A stretch of DNA of 64,000 nt from NCBI GenBank assembly GCA_031441465.1, contig JANOEP010000024.1, positions 1 to 64,000 on the forward strand, read 5' to 3'. This DNA is from a bacterium (GTDB lineage: Bacteria; Krumholzibacteriota; Krumholzibacteriia; LZORAL124-64-63). Position 1 is the stretch's first letter; every line of letters begins with the position of its first letter. Position numbers and translations under genes: made by a program. Below, one piece after another: positions 1 to 9,583 of this stretch. The notes under the pieces were generated by a model. The model was not told the origin of the DNA, ran no database searches, and saw only the letters and a list, made by a program, of their open reading frames with translations.

Positions 1-90
1 CCCGGGGCGCCCGCGTGGGCCCCGAACCCACGCCCCCCGCCCACTCGGGGCGCCGGTCGCGCGTCCCCTGTCACGATGGGAAGCGCATGG

Positions 91-771
91 TCAATCGGGA
101 GTGACCAGGCCGCGCTCGCGCCAGTCGACCTTCCCCCGCACGGGCGTCAGGTCGGGATCCGGGGCCGTGGGGTTCAGGTAGGCCGGCACGTAGCCGGCGC
201 TGAACAGCAGGCCGTGCTGGTTGGCGGCGACCGCCCCGGCCCACAAGGCGAACGTGCCGCTCTCACCGCAACCGGGCAGGCCGCCGCAGCTGCGCGCGCC
301 GGCGGGATCGAGCCGGAACACGACGTCCCGGGCCAGTCCGGGCACCTGCACGACCCAGTGCACGATCTGCACCTTGCCGTCGTCGAAGCTGAGGCCGGGA
401 AAAAGCCCCGCCGTCACGGTGCCCGGTTCGGGCCCGACGTTGATGTTCTTCCCCGTGATCTCCTGGCTGAGCACCTTCCAACCGGCGGCGCCGTCGGCCG
501 CCAGCTTCAGTTCCAGCCCGCCCACGGTCAGCACCTGCTCGCCGCGGGCGCGGACGATCTCGGGCACCGCGAGCACGGCGTAGAGGTCGACCATGGTGCC
601 CACCATGGGCAGGGAATCGCGCCGGGCGACGTGAGTGGCGACCGGGCCGGGCGTGAAGCTCAGCAGGATGTCGCCGTAGTGCCCGCCCCAGTCCCCGGCC
701 GACGCCGACCACGGGCACGCGGACAGCACGGCGAACGCGAGCGAGACCATCGAACTCCGACCCAGCGTCAT
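91..771 (-). CDS. Secreted hypothetical protein
   Basis: 226 aa, signal-peptide-like N-terminus (SLAFAVLSACPWSASA), GGGGGA RBS, GC-rich third positions; no family recognised. Confidence 0.75.
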   Translation of the reverse strand: MTLGRSSMVSLAFAVLSACPWSASAGDWGGHYGDILLSFTPGPVATHVARRDSLPMVGTMVDLYAVLAVPEIVRARGEQVLTVGGLELKLAADGAAGWKVLSQEITGKNINVGPEPGTVTAGLFPGLSFDDGKVQIVHWVVQVPGLARDVVFRLDPAGARSCGGLPGCGESGTFALWAGAVAANQHGLLFSAGYVPAYLNPTAPDPDLTPVRGKVDWRERGLVTPD

Positions 772-844
772 GTCAGGTTCCCCCCGTGAAGATGAAGACC
801 CGTTGAACGGGGCCGCGCGGCGCGGGTTCCCGCGCGGCCGGGCG

Positions 845-1708
845 TCAGCTGCCGGTGCTCGTGTAGCGCCTCACGCCCCGCACCCAGGTCAGGTAGCCGA
901 GGCCGAAGGTGAGCGCCCCCACCACGGGCGTCAAGAGGGCGACCCGCTCCCACTGCGGTCCGCCCACGTACCAGGCGGCGGGGTAGAAAGCCACCCAGGC
1001 GAAGGGCAGCACGAAGGTCAGCAGCATCCGCACCAAGGGGCTGAAGATGGTCACCGGGTAGCGGCTGAAGCGGATCACGTTGTACACGGGGGGGGCCAGG
1101 CCGAGCCGGTCCTCCATCCAGAAGGAGAGGGCGGTCAGGCCCAGGAAGACCCCGGTGTAGACCAACGCCGACGACACGGCCAGCAGCGGCAGCAGCGCGC
1201 AGCCCGCCACGCCGAAGGACAGCCCGAGCCGGGTCCCCGCGTAGGCCATCACGGCGCCGCCCAGGATCAGTTCGTTGATCCCGCCGGTGCCGAAGCTGGT
1301 GCAGAGGATCTGGGCCAGCGGGTTGATCGGCCGCAGCAGGATCCGGTCGAAATCCCCCTCGATGATGTACTGCTCGCTGAAGCCGTACAGGTTCACGCTC
1401 ACCAGGTTGAACAGGCCCAGCGGCAGCAGGCTGAACCCGTAGATGAACAGCACCTGGTCGTACGACCAGCCGCGGAGGCTCTCCACCTTGCTGAACAGGG
1501 CCGACAGCACCAGCAGCTGGACGCCCAGGGACATGAGGTTGGCCGTCATGTCGACCAGGAAATCCACCCGGTAGGCCAGGCGCGACTTGATGAACTGCGC
1601 GAAGTAGGCGACGAAGATCGCCGCCTGGCGCGCGGGTTCGCGCAGGCGGCGGCGGAAGCCCCCCTCGCGACGGGGCAGCAGGATCGACCCGGGAGTCGCA
1701 GGCCCCAT
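845..1708 (-). CDS. ABC-2 type transporter permease (DUF990-like)
   Basis: Multiple TM segments, 'AYRVDF', 'GDFDRILLRP', 'YPVTIF', C-terminal 'RRYTSTGS'. Confidence 0.88.
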   Translation of the reverse strand: MGPATPGSILLPRREGGFRRRLREPARQAAIFVAYFAQFIKSRLAYRVDFLVDMTANLMSLGVQLLVLSALFSKVESLRGWSYDQVLFIYGFSLLPLGLFNLVSVNLYGFSEQYIIEGDFDRILLRPINPLAQILCTSFGTGGINELILGGAVMAYAGTRLGLSFGVAGCALLPLLAVSSALVYTGVFLGLTALSFWMEDRLGLAPPVYNVIRFSRYPVTIFSPLVRMLLTFVLPFAWVAFYPAAWYVGGPQWERVALLTPVVGALTFGLGYLTWVRGVRRYTSTGS

Positions 1709-1709
1709 C

Positions 1710-2576
1710 TCAGCCCCCCTGCAGCGTGACGTGGCGGACCGAGCGGTTCCAGAACCAGCGACCCAGCACGAACAGGCCCAGCGCCCACGCGGTCTGCAGC
1801 AGCAGGGCGCCGGCCAGGGAAGAGCCGGGGCGCTGGCCGAGGTAGATCATCACCGGCACGTAGCTCACGGCCTGGAACGGCAGCCAGGCGACCGCCGCCT
1901 GCACCCAGCCCGGGAAGAAGGTGAAGGGCACCAGAACGCCGGTCAGGAATTCCATCATGATCATCTTGGCGCGCACCACGCCCGAGACGTTCTTCAGGTA
2001 GAACGCCAGGCAGCCCACCAGGAAGTTGATCTGGGCGTTGACGACCAGCGCCAGCAGGAAGCTCAGCAGCGTCCACCCGTAGAGCGACGGGTGCGGCGGC
2101 GGGGCCAGGCCGAACAGCGGCACGACCACCACCAGGATGGGCAGCGTGAACAGCAGGAAGCGGAAACCCGCCTCCCCGAGCGACTCGCTCAGCATCATGG
2201 TCTGCACGTGCAGCGGCTTGATCAGCTGCACGGCGATCTCGCCCTTGCTCACCTGCCAGCTCAGCGTGCGGTCGATGTTGTTGAAGGTGAAGCTGCGGCC
2301 GACCCAGCTCACGATGACGTAGGCGATCATCTGGCTCAGCGTCAACCCGCCCAGGCGCGCCGCGTCGGCGCCTTCGGGCCGGCTGGCGTACAGCGCGGTG
2401 AACAGGAAGTAGTTGCCGGCGACGAAGATCGTGTAGGTGACCACGCCGGTGTAGTAACGCAGGCGGTAGGCCAGCATCTTCATGAAGGCCAGCCGCATGA
2501 ACCGCAGGTAGAGACCGGCGGTGGCGGCGGGGCCGCGCCGCCAGCGCGGGAGAGCCGGCGCCGCGGTCGCGCTCAC
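1710..2576 (-). CDS. ABC-2 type transporter permease (DUF990-like)
   Basis: 'LAYR', 'GEIAVQLIKP', 'LPFQ', C-terminal 'VTLQGG'; GTG start overlaps the ATPase stop (GTGA). Confidence 0.88.
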   Translation of the reverse strand: MSATAAPALPRWRRGPAATAGLYLRFMRLAFMKMLAYRLRYYTGVVTYTIFVAGNYFLFTALYASRPEGADAARLGGLTLSQMIAYVIVSWVGRSFTFNNIDRTLSWQVSKGEIAVQLIKPLHVQTMMLSESLGEAGFRFLLFTLPILVVVVPLFGLAPPPHPSLYGWTLLSFLLALVVNAQINFLVGCLAFYLKNVSGVVRAKMIMMEFLTGVLVPFTFFPGWVQAAVAWLPFQAVSYVPVMIYLGQRPGSSLAGALLLQTAWALGLFVLGRWFWNRSVRHVTLQGG

Positions 2577-3601
2577 GGCAGTTCCCCGGCGTCGCCGCGG
2601 CGGTAGATGCCGCGCACGATCTCCTCGATGCTCTGCTCGGCGACGCGCAGATCGTGAACGTGGCGGGCGTTGACGACCCGCTTGATGACCTCGGCGCCGC
2701 GCACGTCGCGACGGCTGAAGTCGGCGACGTGCAGCAGGCCCGCCGCCTCGCGCCACTGCACCGGCAGGCCGGCGGTGTCGGCGGCCAGGGCCGCACTCGC
2801 GACCGGCTCCCGCAGCTCGACGTGCAGTTCCACGCGGTCGCCGACCCGTTCCCGCAATCCCTCGAGATCGCCGTCGTACACCACGCGGCCGCGGTCGATG
2901 ATGATCACGCGCCGGCACAGCTGCTGGATATCGCCGAGGTCGTGGGTCGTCAGCAGCACGGTCGTGCCCTGGCTCTCGCGGATCTCGCGCAGGAACGTGC
3001 GCACGCTTTCCTTGGCCACGACGTCCAGCCCGATGGTCGGCTCGTCCAGGAACAGCAGCCGCGGCGCGTGCAGCAGCGCCGCCGCGAGTTCGCAGCGCAT
3101 GCGCTGGCCCAGGGACAGCTTGCGCACCGGCTGGTGCAGGAACTCCCCCAGTCCCAGCAATTCGTCGAGGCGGCCGAGCTGGCGGCGGTAGTCGGCGTCA
3201 GGCACCTCGTAGATCTTCTGCAGCAGGCGGAAGGACTCGACCACCGCCAGGTCCCACCACAGCTGGGTGCGCTGCCCGAAGACCGCCCCGATGTGGCGCG
3301 TGTAGTGGCCGCGGTCGCGCCAGGGCACCAGACCGCCGACGTCGACCGTGCCGGAGGTCGGGGTCAGGATGCCGGTGAGCATCTTGATGGTCGTGCTCTT
3401 GCCGGCGCCGTTGGCGCCGATGTAGCCGACCATCTCGCCGGCGGCGACGTCGAAGCTGACCCGGTCGACCGCGCGCAGCGTCTCGCGACGGGGGCGCAAC
3501 AGGTCCACCACGCCGCCGCGGACGCCCTCGCGGCGGCGGGTGACGCTGTAGTCGCGGCAGAGGTCGCGGACCCGGATCAGGGGGAGGGCTGCGTTGTCCA
3601 T
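2573..3601 (-). CDS. ABC transporter ATP-binding protein
   Basis: Walker A GANGAGKST, signature LSLGQRMR, Walker B LFLDEPT, H-loop TTH. Confidence 0.93.
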   Translation of the reverse strand: MDNAALPLIRVRDLCRDYSVTRRREGVRGGVVDLLRPRRETLRAVDRVSFDVAAGEMVGYIGANGAGKSTTIKMLTGILTPTSGTVDVGGLVPWRDRGHYTRHIGAVFGQRTQLWWDLAVVESFRLLQKIYEVPDADYRRQLGRLDELLGLGEFLHQPVRKLSLGQRMRCELAAALLHAPRLLFLDEPTIGLDVVAKESVRTFLREIRESQGTTVLLTTHDLGDIQQLCRRVIIIDRGRVVYDGDLEGLRERVGDRVELHVELREPVASAALAADTAGLPVQWREAAGLLHVADFSRRDVRGAEVIKRVVNARHVHDLRVAEQSIEEIVRGIYRRGDAGELP

Positions 3602-3603
3602 GG

Positions 3604-3843
3604 TCAACCGGGCTGCCCGTCGGCGGGCGCCGGCCGGTCCTCGCGCAGGCGTGCGGTGAACTCCTGGACCTCCAGCTCGGTGCGCTGGAGCTTCTCGCGG
3701 CACAGATCGACCAGCACCACGGCGCGCTTCACTTCGCCGGACAGCTCGTCGACGTCGATCTCGTCCTTCTCCAGCCGGGCCAGGATGGCCTCGACTTCCT
3801 GCAGCGCCTCGCCGAAGCTCGGCGCCTTGTCCTTCGCGGGCAT
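3604..3843 (-). CDS. xseB: Exodeoxyribonuclease VII small subunit
   Basis: 'SFGEALQEVEAILARLE...LCREKL' pattern, adjacent to xseA, GAGGAGG RBS. Confidence 0.9.
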   Translation of the reverse strand: MPAKDKAPSFGEALQEVEAILARLEKDEIDVDELSGEVKRAVVLVDLCREKLQRTELEVQEFTARLREDRPAPADGQPG

Positions 3844-3853
3844 GTCGTCCTCC

Positions 3854-5296
3854 TCAATCATGGCCGGCGTCGCCGGCGCTCTCCACGATACTCACGATCT
3901 CCCCGCGGTGCAGCCGCGTGACGATCCGGTCGCCGGGTGCGACCCCGTCGGCGCGGCGCAGCAGCCGGCCCTGCGCGTCCAGGGTCAGGCTCCAGCCGCG
4001 CCGCAGTTGGCGCACGGGGTCGAGCCACTGCGCCTTTTCCGCCAGGTGTTCCAGCCGGCCGCGGCGGGCGGCGACCAGGGCGCCGGCAGCCCGCTCGAGG
4101 CGGATCGCGGCGCGGTCCAGGTCCGTCCGGCACCGGGGCCAGGCCGCGAGCAGGCGTGGCGGTTCCAGCGCCCGTTGCGCGCGCGCTGCGCGCTCGCCGG
4201 CGCGTTCCAGGCGGCGGTGGGCCGCGCCGAGGGCCGCGCCGCGCAGGTGCACCAGGCGTTCGTGCCGGCCGCGGACCTGCGCGACCACGGCGGCGCCCAG
4301 GGCCGTCGCCGCTCCGGTCAGGGTCCGGCGCGTCTCCCCCAGAACCCGCACGGCGTGCTGGGCCGCGCCGTCGGCCGCCCGGCGCAGGCGCTGGTCCGCG
4401 GCGGCGATGCGGTCGACCAGATCCTGGGCGGCGGCCGTCGGCGTCTTGCAATGGTGGTGGGCGACGAGGTCGGCGATGCTCTGGTCGATTTCGTGCCCGA
4501 TGGCTGTGACGACCGGCACCGGGCAGCGCGCGACGGCCTCGGCCACGTCGCGGTGATCGAACCAGGAAAGGTCCGCCTTGGAGCCCCCGCCGCGCGTCAC
4601 GACGATCGCGTCCACCCCCGCCGACCCCAGGGCGCGCAGGGCCCCGGTCACCTGCCCGACCATCTGCTCGCCCATCATGCGGCAGTCCGCGAGCAGCACC
4701 GCGAAGCCGTAGCCCGAGACCGCGAGCCCGGCCAGGAAGTCCTTCTCGGCGGCGCTGCCCGCGGACGTCACCAGGCCCACGCGCAACGGCAGCACCGGGA
4801 ACGCCAGGCCGGCGTTGCGCTCGATCAGTCCGGCGACCTGCAGCGCCACCAGGGTTTCGCGGCGGCGGGCTTCCAGCTGGCCGAGCGTGTACGCCGGGTC
4901 GACGGCGACGAGCTTGAACGACAGGCCCCACTTGGGGTGGTAGACCACGACCCCCTGCACGCACACCTCGAGGTTGTCCCGTATCTGGAGACCGGGATCC
5001 GTGCCGTCGAAGTACTTCTCGAGCCCGTACTTCTGCCGGTCCCACTGCAGGGCCGCCACGGTGATCTGGTCGACGCTGCCCCGGCTCGCGCCGTGCATCT
5101 CGAAGTAGATGTTCCGGTTGGCGTTGCGCTTGAGGCCCCGAACTTCGCCGCGGACCCACACGGCGGCCGGGAAGGCGTTCCGCAGGGCGGCTTCGATGGC
5201 CTCGTTGAGTTCGCCCACCGTGTAGACGCGACGCTCGTTACGATCGTCGCCACGGCCTTCGTCACGGCGATGAACGGCGCTGAAGAGATCGTCCAC
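3854..5296 (-). CDS. xseA: Exodeoxyribonuclease VII large subunit
   Basis: OB-fold 'VWVRGEV', 'TRGGGS', 'TAIGHEID', 'TPTAAA'; start approximate. Confidence 0.93.
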   Translation of the reverse strand: MDDLFSAVHRRDEGRGDDRNERRVYTVGELNEAIEAALRNAFPAAVWVRGEVRGLKRNANRNIYFEMHGASRGSVDQITVAALQWDRQKYGLEKYFDGTDPGLQIRDNLEVCVQGVVVYHPKWGLSFKLVAVDPAYTLGQLEARRRETLVALQVAGLIERNAGLAFPVLPLRVGLVTSAGSAAEKDFLAGLAVSGYGFAVLLADCRMMGEQMVGQVTGALRALGSAGVDAIVVTRGGGSKADLSWFDHRDVAEAVARCPVPVVTAIGHEIDQSIADLVAHHHCKTPTAAAQDLVDRIAAADQRLRRAADGAAQHAVRVLGETRRTLTGAATALGAAVVAQVRGRHERLVHLRGAALGAAHRRLERAGERAARAQRALEPPRLLAAWPRCRTDLDRAAIRLERAAGALVAARRGRLEHLAEKAQWLDPVRQLRRGWSLTLDAQGRLLRRADGVAPGDRIVTRLHRGEIVSIVESAGDAGHD

Positions 5297-5313
5297 CGCA
5301 GGCTCCGCTCGCG

Positions 5314-6675
5314 TCAGAGGGTCGGGGCGATGCGGCGCCAATCGCCGCGCACGAACCAGGCGGTCATGCCGACCGCGTAGACGAAGAACCAGACCAGCAC
5401 GCCGATCCAGGCCCCGATCAGACCGCCGCCCAGCACGACGCCGCAGATCCAGGACGTCGGCAGGAACAGGCCCCAGGCCAGCGCGACGTCGGTCGCCATG
5501 ACCTGTCGGGTGGCGCCGGCGCCGCGCAGCGCGCCCGCCAGGGTCAGGCCCACGGCGTCGAACACCTGCACCAGGCCCATCAGGCGCAGGATCGGGCGGC
5601 CGGCGGCGGCCACCTCGGCGTCGGTCGTGAAGAACCTCATCAGCGCCTCGGGCACCAGCAGGAACGCCAGACCGAACGCGCCCATCAGCAGCGTCGCCAG
5701 CATCACGCCCCCCCAGCCGGCGCGCACGGCGCCGCGCACGTCGCCGCGCCCGAGCGACTGGCCGACCAGGGTCTGCACCGCCGCGCCCACCCCGATCCCC
5801 GGCATGAACGACAGGGCGGCGATGCGCAGCACGACGTTGCCGGCCGCGACCGCCACGGTGCCGATGCGGCCCAGGATGACGAAGAAGACCAGCACGGCCA
5901 GCAACGCGCCGAACGACTGCACCGCCGCCGGCCAGGACATCTTCAGCATGGGGCCCAGCAGATCCCAGCGCAGGTTGTCGCGCGCCAGGAAGCGGAAGCG
6001 GCGGCGCGGGCCCGCGCCCGCCAGCGCCACCACGAAGGCCAGCAGCGCCACGCAGCTCGCGATCGTGCTGGCCAGGGCCGATCCGGCCACGCCCATCGCC
6101 GGGGCGCCGAGCCGGCCGTAGATCAGCACCCAGTTCAGGAAGGCGTTGAGCACGTTCATGCCGATGCCCACCACCATGCCGATGCGCGTCCAGCCGATCC
6201 CGTCGCAGGCGGCGCGGATCTGGAAGGCCAGCATGAACGGCAGGGCGCCGGGCAGGCGCCACAGCAGGTACTCGGCGCCGAGCCGGCGGACCTCGGGATC
6301 GGCGGAGGCCAGGGCCATCCAGGCCGTCGGCGCCAGCATCCCCAGGATCGTCACCGCCACCGCCAGCACGACGGTCAGCATCCCGGCGGTCACCAGGACG
6401 CCGCCGACCTCGCCGTCGCGCTGCGCGCCGACCCTCTGCGCGGTCATCGTCTGCACCGCGACGTCGGTCGCCTTGAGCGTGGTGGCGGCGGCGGAGAACA
6501 GCAGGGTGGCCACCCCGACCGCGGCCAGCGGGCCGGCGCCCAGCTGACCGACCATCAGGGTGTCCACCAGCCCCATGAGGGTCTGCGACATGTTCGCCAG
6601 GATCGCGGGCACCGACAGCGTCAGGATCGTGCGCGCCAGGGCGCGCCTCGGGATCCGGCTGAGCGCCTCGGTCAT
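5314..6675 (-). CDS. MATE family efflux transporter
   Basis: About 12 TM segments, 'VDTLMVGQLG', 'NWVLIYG', 'GQSLG', 'LRGAG'. Confidence 0.92.
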   Translation of the reverse strand: MTEALSRIPRRALARTILTLSVPAILANMSQTLMGLVDTLMVGQLGAGPLAAVGVATLLFSAAATTLKATDVAVQTMTAQRVGAQRDGEVGGVLVTAGMLTVVLAVAVTILGMLAPTAWMALASADPEVRRLGAEYLLWRLPGALPFMLAFQIRAACDGIGWTRIGMVVGIGMNVLNAFLNWVLIYGRLGAPAMGVAGSALASTIASCVALLAFVVALAGAGPRRRFRFLARDNLRWDLLGPMLKMSWPAAVQSFGALLAVLVFFVILGRIGTVAVAAGNVVLRIAALSFMPGIGVGAAVQTLVGQSLGRGDVRGAVRAGWGGVMLATLLMGAFGLAFLLVPEALMRFFTTDAEVAAAGRPILRLMGLVQVFDAVGLTLAGALRGAGATRQVMATDVALAWGLFLPTSWICGVVLGGGLIGAWIGVLVWFFVYAVGMTAWFVRGDWRRIAPTL

Positions 6676-8201
6676 CCGACGTCCCGCTCCGTCAGGATCT
6701 CGAGCGCCCGGGCGATCAGCCGCGCGCCGTAGCCGGTGGCGCCCTTCGGCCCCAGCGGACCGGGTTTGCCCACCCACGCCGGGCCGGCGATGTCCAGGTG
6801 GGCCCAGGGCGTCTCGTCATCCACGAACTCGGCCAGGAACGCCGCCGCGGTGCAGGCGCCGCCGTACTTGCCGCCGATGTTCTGGAGGTCGGCGATGCCG
6901 CTCTCGATGAGCTTGTGGTGCTCCTTGACCAGAGGCAGGGGCCAGACCCGCTCGAAGGTGTCGCCGCCGGCGCGGTCCAGCGCGTCGCCCAGGTCGGTGT
7001 GGTTGCAGAACAACCCCGCGAACTCGTCGCCGAGGGCCACCACGCAGGCGCCGGTCAGGGTGGCGGCGTCGATGACGAAGTCCGGCTTGCGCCGGCAGGC
7101 GAAGTGCAGGGCGTCGGCCAGGATCAGGCGTCCCTCGGCGTCGGTGTTGAGGACTTCGACCGTCTTGCCGGAGGCCATGGTCAGGACATCGCCCGGGCGG
7201 ATGGCGCCGCCGTCGGGCATGTTCTCCACCGCCGGCACGACCACCAGCAGGCGGGCCTGCAGACCCCGGCGGACGGCGATCAGCGCGGCGCCCAGCACGG
7301 CCGCCGCGCCGCCCATGTCGCCCTTCATCTCGTGCATGTCGGCCGAGGGCTTGATCGAGATGCCGCCGGTGTCGAAGGTCACGCCCTTGCCGACCAGTGC
7401 GATCAGGGGCAGGCGCTTGCGGACTCCCCGCGGCGCGTACTCCAGGACCACGAACTGCGGCGGGCGCACGCTGCCCTGCCCCACGCCCAGCACGCCGCCC
7501 ATGCCGAGACGGCGCAGCTGGGCCACGCCCATCACTGTGCAGGTCAGGCCCTCGCGGCGCGCCATGCCGCGCGCCTCGGCGGCCAGTTCCCGCGGTCCCA
7601 GCAGGTTGGCGGGTCGGTTGACCAGGTCGCGGGCGAAGAGGCAGCCCGCCGCGTAGTCCACGCCGGCGACCGCGCCCTCGGCCACCGCGGGCAGCAGGGC
7701 GGCCGGCGCGAGGATCTTCCAGGTCCTGGGCGGCGCCTTGCGGTCGCGCCCGGTGTGCGCCTTGCAGGACGCGGCCTCGAACAGCGCCAGCTCGGCGCCT
7801 TCGACGCAGCAGCGGACGATCGCGGTCGTTTCCAGACCCGTGAGCGACTCCCAGGGCAGGGCCAGCGCGCAGGACTTGGCGCCGAGGGCGCGGGCCTTCT
7901 GCGAGGCCGCACCCAGCGCGCAGCGCAGCGTCTGCGGGCTCAGCTCGTCGGCCGGCCCGAGACCCAGCACCAGGATCCAGGGCGCCCGGGTGCCGCCGCC
8001 CTCGAGCAGGTGCAGCTGTTCGGATTGCGCGGTGAAGGCGTCCAGGGCGCTCAGGGCCTTCAGCTTCTGGCGCAGGCCCGACTCGATCTCCCGCCAAGGC
8101 GTCAGGTCCGGCTTCTCGCGCCGCCGGGTCACGCCGAGCACGATCAGGTCCGTCTTTTCCCGTTCCGGACGTCCGGATCCCGCAGTCCAGTGCATCGTCA
8201 T
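6672..8201 (-). CDS. pepA: Leucyl aminopeptidase (M17)
   Basis: 'VGKGVTFDTGG', 'MKGDMGG', 'NTDAEGRL', 'WAHLDIAG'. Confidence 0.96.
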   Translation of the reverse strand: MTMHWTAGSGRPEREKTDLIVLGVTRRREKPDLTPWREIESGLRQKLKALSALDAFTAQSEQLHLLEGGGTRAPWILVLGLGPADELSPQTLRCALGAASQKARALGAKSCALALPWESLTGLETTAIVRCCVEGAELALFEAASCKAHTGRDRKAPPRTWKILAPAALLPAVAEGAVAGVDYAAGCLFARDLVNRPANLLGPRELAAEARGMARREGLTCTVMGVAQLRRLGMGGVLGVGQGSVRPPQFVVLEYAPRGVRKRLPLIALVGKGVTFDTGGISIKPSADMHEMKGDMGGAAAVLGAALIAVRRGLQARLLVVVPAVENMPDGGAIRPGDVLTMASGKTVEVLNTDAEGRLILADALHFACRRKPDFVIDAATLTGACVVALGDEFAGLFCNHTDLGDALDRAGGDTFERVWPLPLVKEHHKLIESGIADLQNIGGKYGGACTAAAFLAEFVDDETPWAHLDIAGPAWVGKPGPLGPKGATGYGARLIARALEILTERDVG

Positions 8202-8305
8202 CGTCTCCCGTCGGGTGGTGATGGGCGGACCGGCCGGGCGCCGATCGAGCCGGGAGTCTAGCACCGGCCCGCCGCGCCGCCACCCCGAAATACACCACCG
8301 CGGTC

Positions 8306-8334
8306 TTGAGCGCCGGGAGCGCATCGCCTATGCT
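8306..8334 (+). promoter_or_regulatory. Putative sigma-70 promoter of the YIP1-DUF2752 pair
   Basis: TTGAGC-17 bp-TATGCT, 39 bp upstream of ATG 8374. Confidence 0.6.
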
Positions 8335-8373
8335 GACGCGGCCCGTCCCAACTCCGCGCACCAGGAGGTCCCG

Positions 8374-9138
8374 ATGTCCGAATTGCCCGACGACGGCACA
8401 CGACCCGCTTCCTGGCCAAGCTTTCCCCACGATCCGGGCGTGTTCGACGATGGGAACGGCCCGCCCGACGGCGGCGGACCGCCACCCGTCGACGCGACGC
8501 CCGTCGTCAACCTGCCGCCCTGGGAAGACCGCGCGCGCTTCCGCCGCTTCGCCGGGTTCTTCGAGACCATCCGCACGGCCACGACCGCGCCCGGAGCCTT
8601 CTTCGAGGGTCATCCGGTGCGGCGGGGCCTGACGGGTCCGGTGACCTTCGCGGTGATCCTCGGCACCCTGACCAGCCTCGTCGGCTGGGTGTGGTCGAAG
8701 GTGTTCGACCGGACCCTGCTGGATCTCCTGGAACAGTTCGACGGCTTCGACACCCCTTCGGCGACCGAGGCGGCGATCTCGCGGTTCTTCGAGACGGCGG
8801 GCGTGCTGGCGAGTCCCTTGCTGGCCCTGGCCGGCCTGTTCGTCCAGGCGGCCGTCCTGCACCTCACCGTGATGATGCTCGTGCGCAACGGCCGCGGCTT
8901 CGAGGCGACCCTGCGCGCGTCCGCTTACGGCGGCGCGGCGATGGTCCTGACGCTGATCCCGATGTGCGGCAACGGGGTGGGCACGGTCTGGACGCTCGTG
9001 CTGACGATCATCGGCATCCAGCGGCTGCACGTCTGCGGGGGCGGCACCGCGACGCTGATCGTGCTGTTGCCGCTGCTGCTCTGCTGCGGCGCCTGCGGCG
9101 GTCTGCTCGGGTTGGTGGGACTGCTGGCCGCGTCGTGA
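8374..9138 (+). CDS. YIP1 family membrane protein
   Basis: Pro-rich N-terminus, 'PWE...FFET...PGAFF', 'GFEATLR...Y', multiple TMs; AGGAGG RBS. Confidence 0.8.
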   Translation: MSELPDDGTRPASWPSFPHDPGVFDDGNGPPDGGGPPPVDATPVVNLPPWEDRARFRRFAGFFETIRTATTAPGAFFEGHPVRRGLTGPVTFAVILGTLTSLVGWVWSKVFDRTLLDLLEQFDGFDTPSATEAAISRFFETAGVLASPLLALAGLFVQAAVLHLTVMMLVRNGRGFEATLRASAYGGAAMVLTLIPMCGNGVGTVWTLVLTIIGIQRLHVCGGGTATLIVLLPLLLCCGACGGLLGLVGLLAAS

Positions 9139-9545
9139 GGCTCGATCCGGAACGCGACGCCCTGCCGCGCCTGCTCGCCTTCGTCTACGCGCCGTTGGCC
9201 GTCGCCGCCTGGTGGGCGGCCCGGGTGGCGCTGGGCGATCCGGGAGGCCGCGGCGCCTGCCTGCTGCTGGAGTCGACCGGGGTCGCCTGCCCCACCTGCG
9301 GCGGCACCCGCGCCGTGGTGGCGCTCGGCCGCGGCGACCTGGTCGGGGCCGCCGTGGAGAATCCCCTGATCGCAGCCGGCGCCTTCCTGCTCGGATGCTG
9401 GTGCCTCTACGCGATCGCCGCCACCGCGGCTCCCCGCCTGCGCCGGACCCCGCGCTTCGCCGCGACGGAAGCGCGCGGCCTGCGCCTCGCCGCCGCCGCG
9501 GGCCTGGTCCTCACTTGGATCTACGAGATCGTCCGCCAGTCCTGA
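9135..9545 (+). CDS. DUF2752-type membrane protein
   Basis: 'C-LL-ESTGVACPTCGGTRA...GD...A...NPL' signature; GTGA overlap with YIP1. Confidence 0.85.
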   Translation: MRLDPERDALPRLLAFVYAPLAVAAWWAARVALGDPGGRGACLLLESTGVACPTCGGTRAVVALGRGDLVGAAVENPLIAAGAFLLGCWCLYAIAATAAPRLRRTPRFAATEARGLRLAAAAGLVLTWIYEIVRQS

Positions 9546-9583
9546 ACCCGCCGGTTCCGACCGCGGTCGCGGCCGGACCGGCT

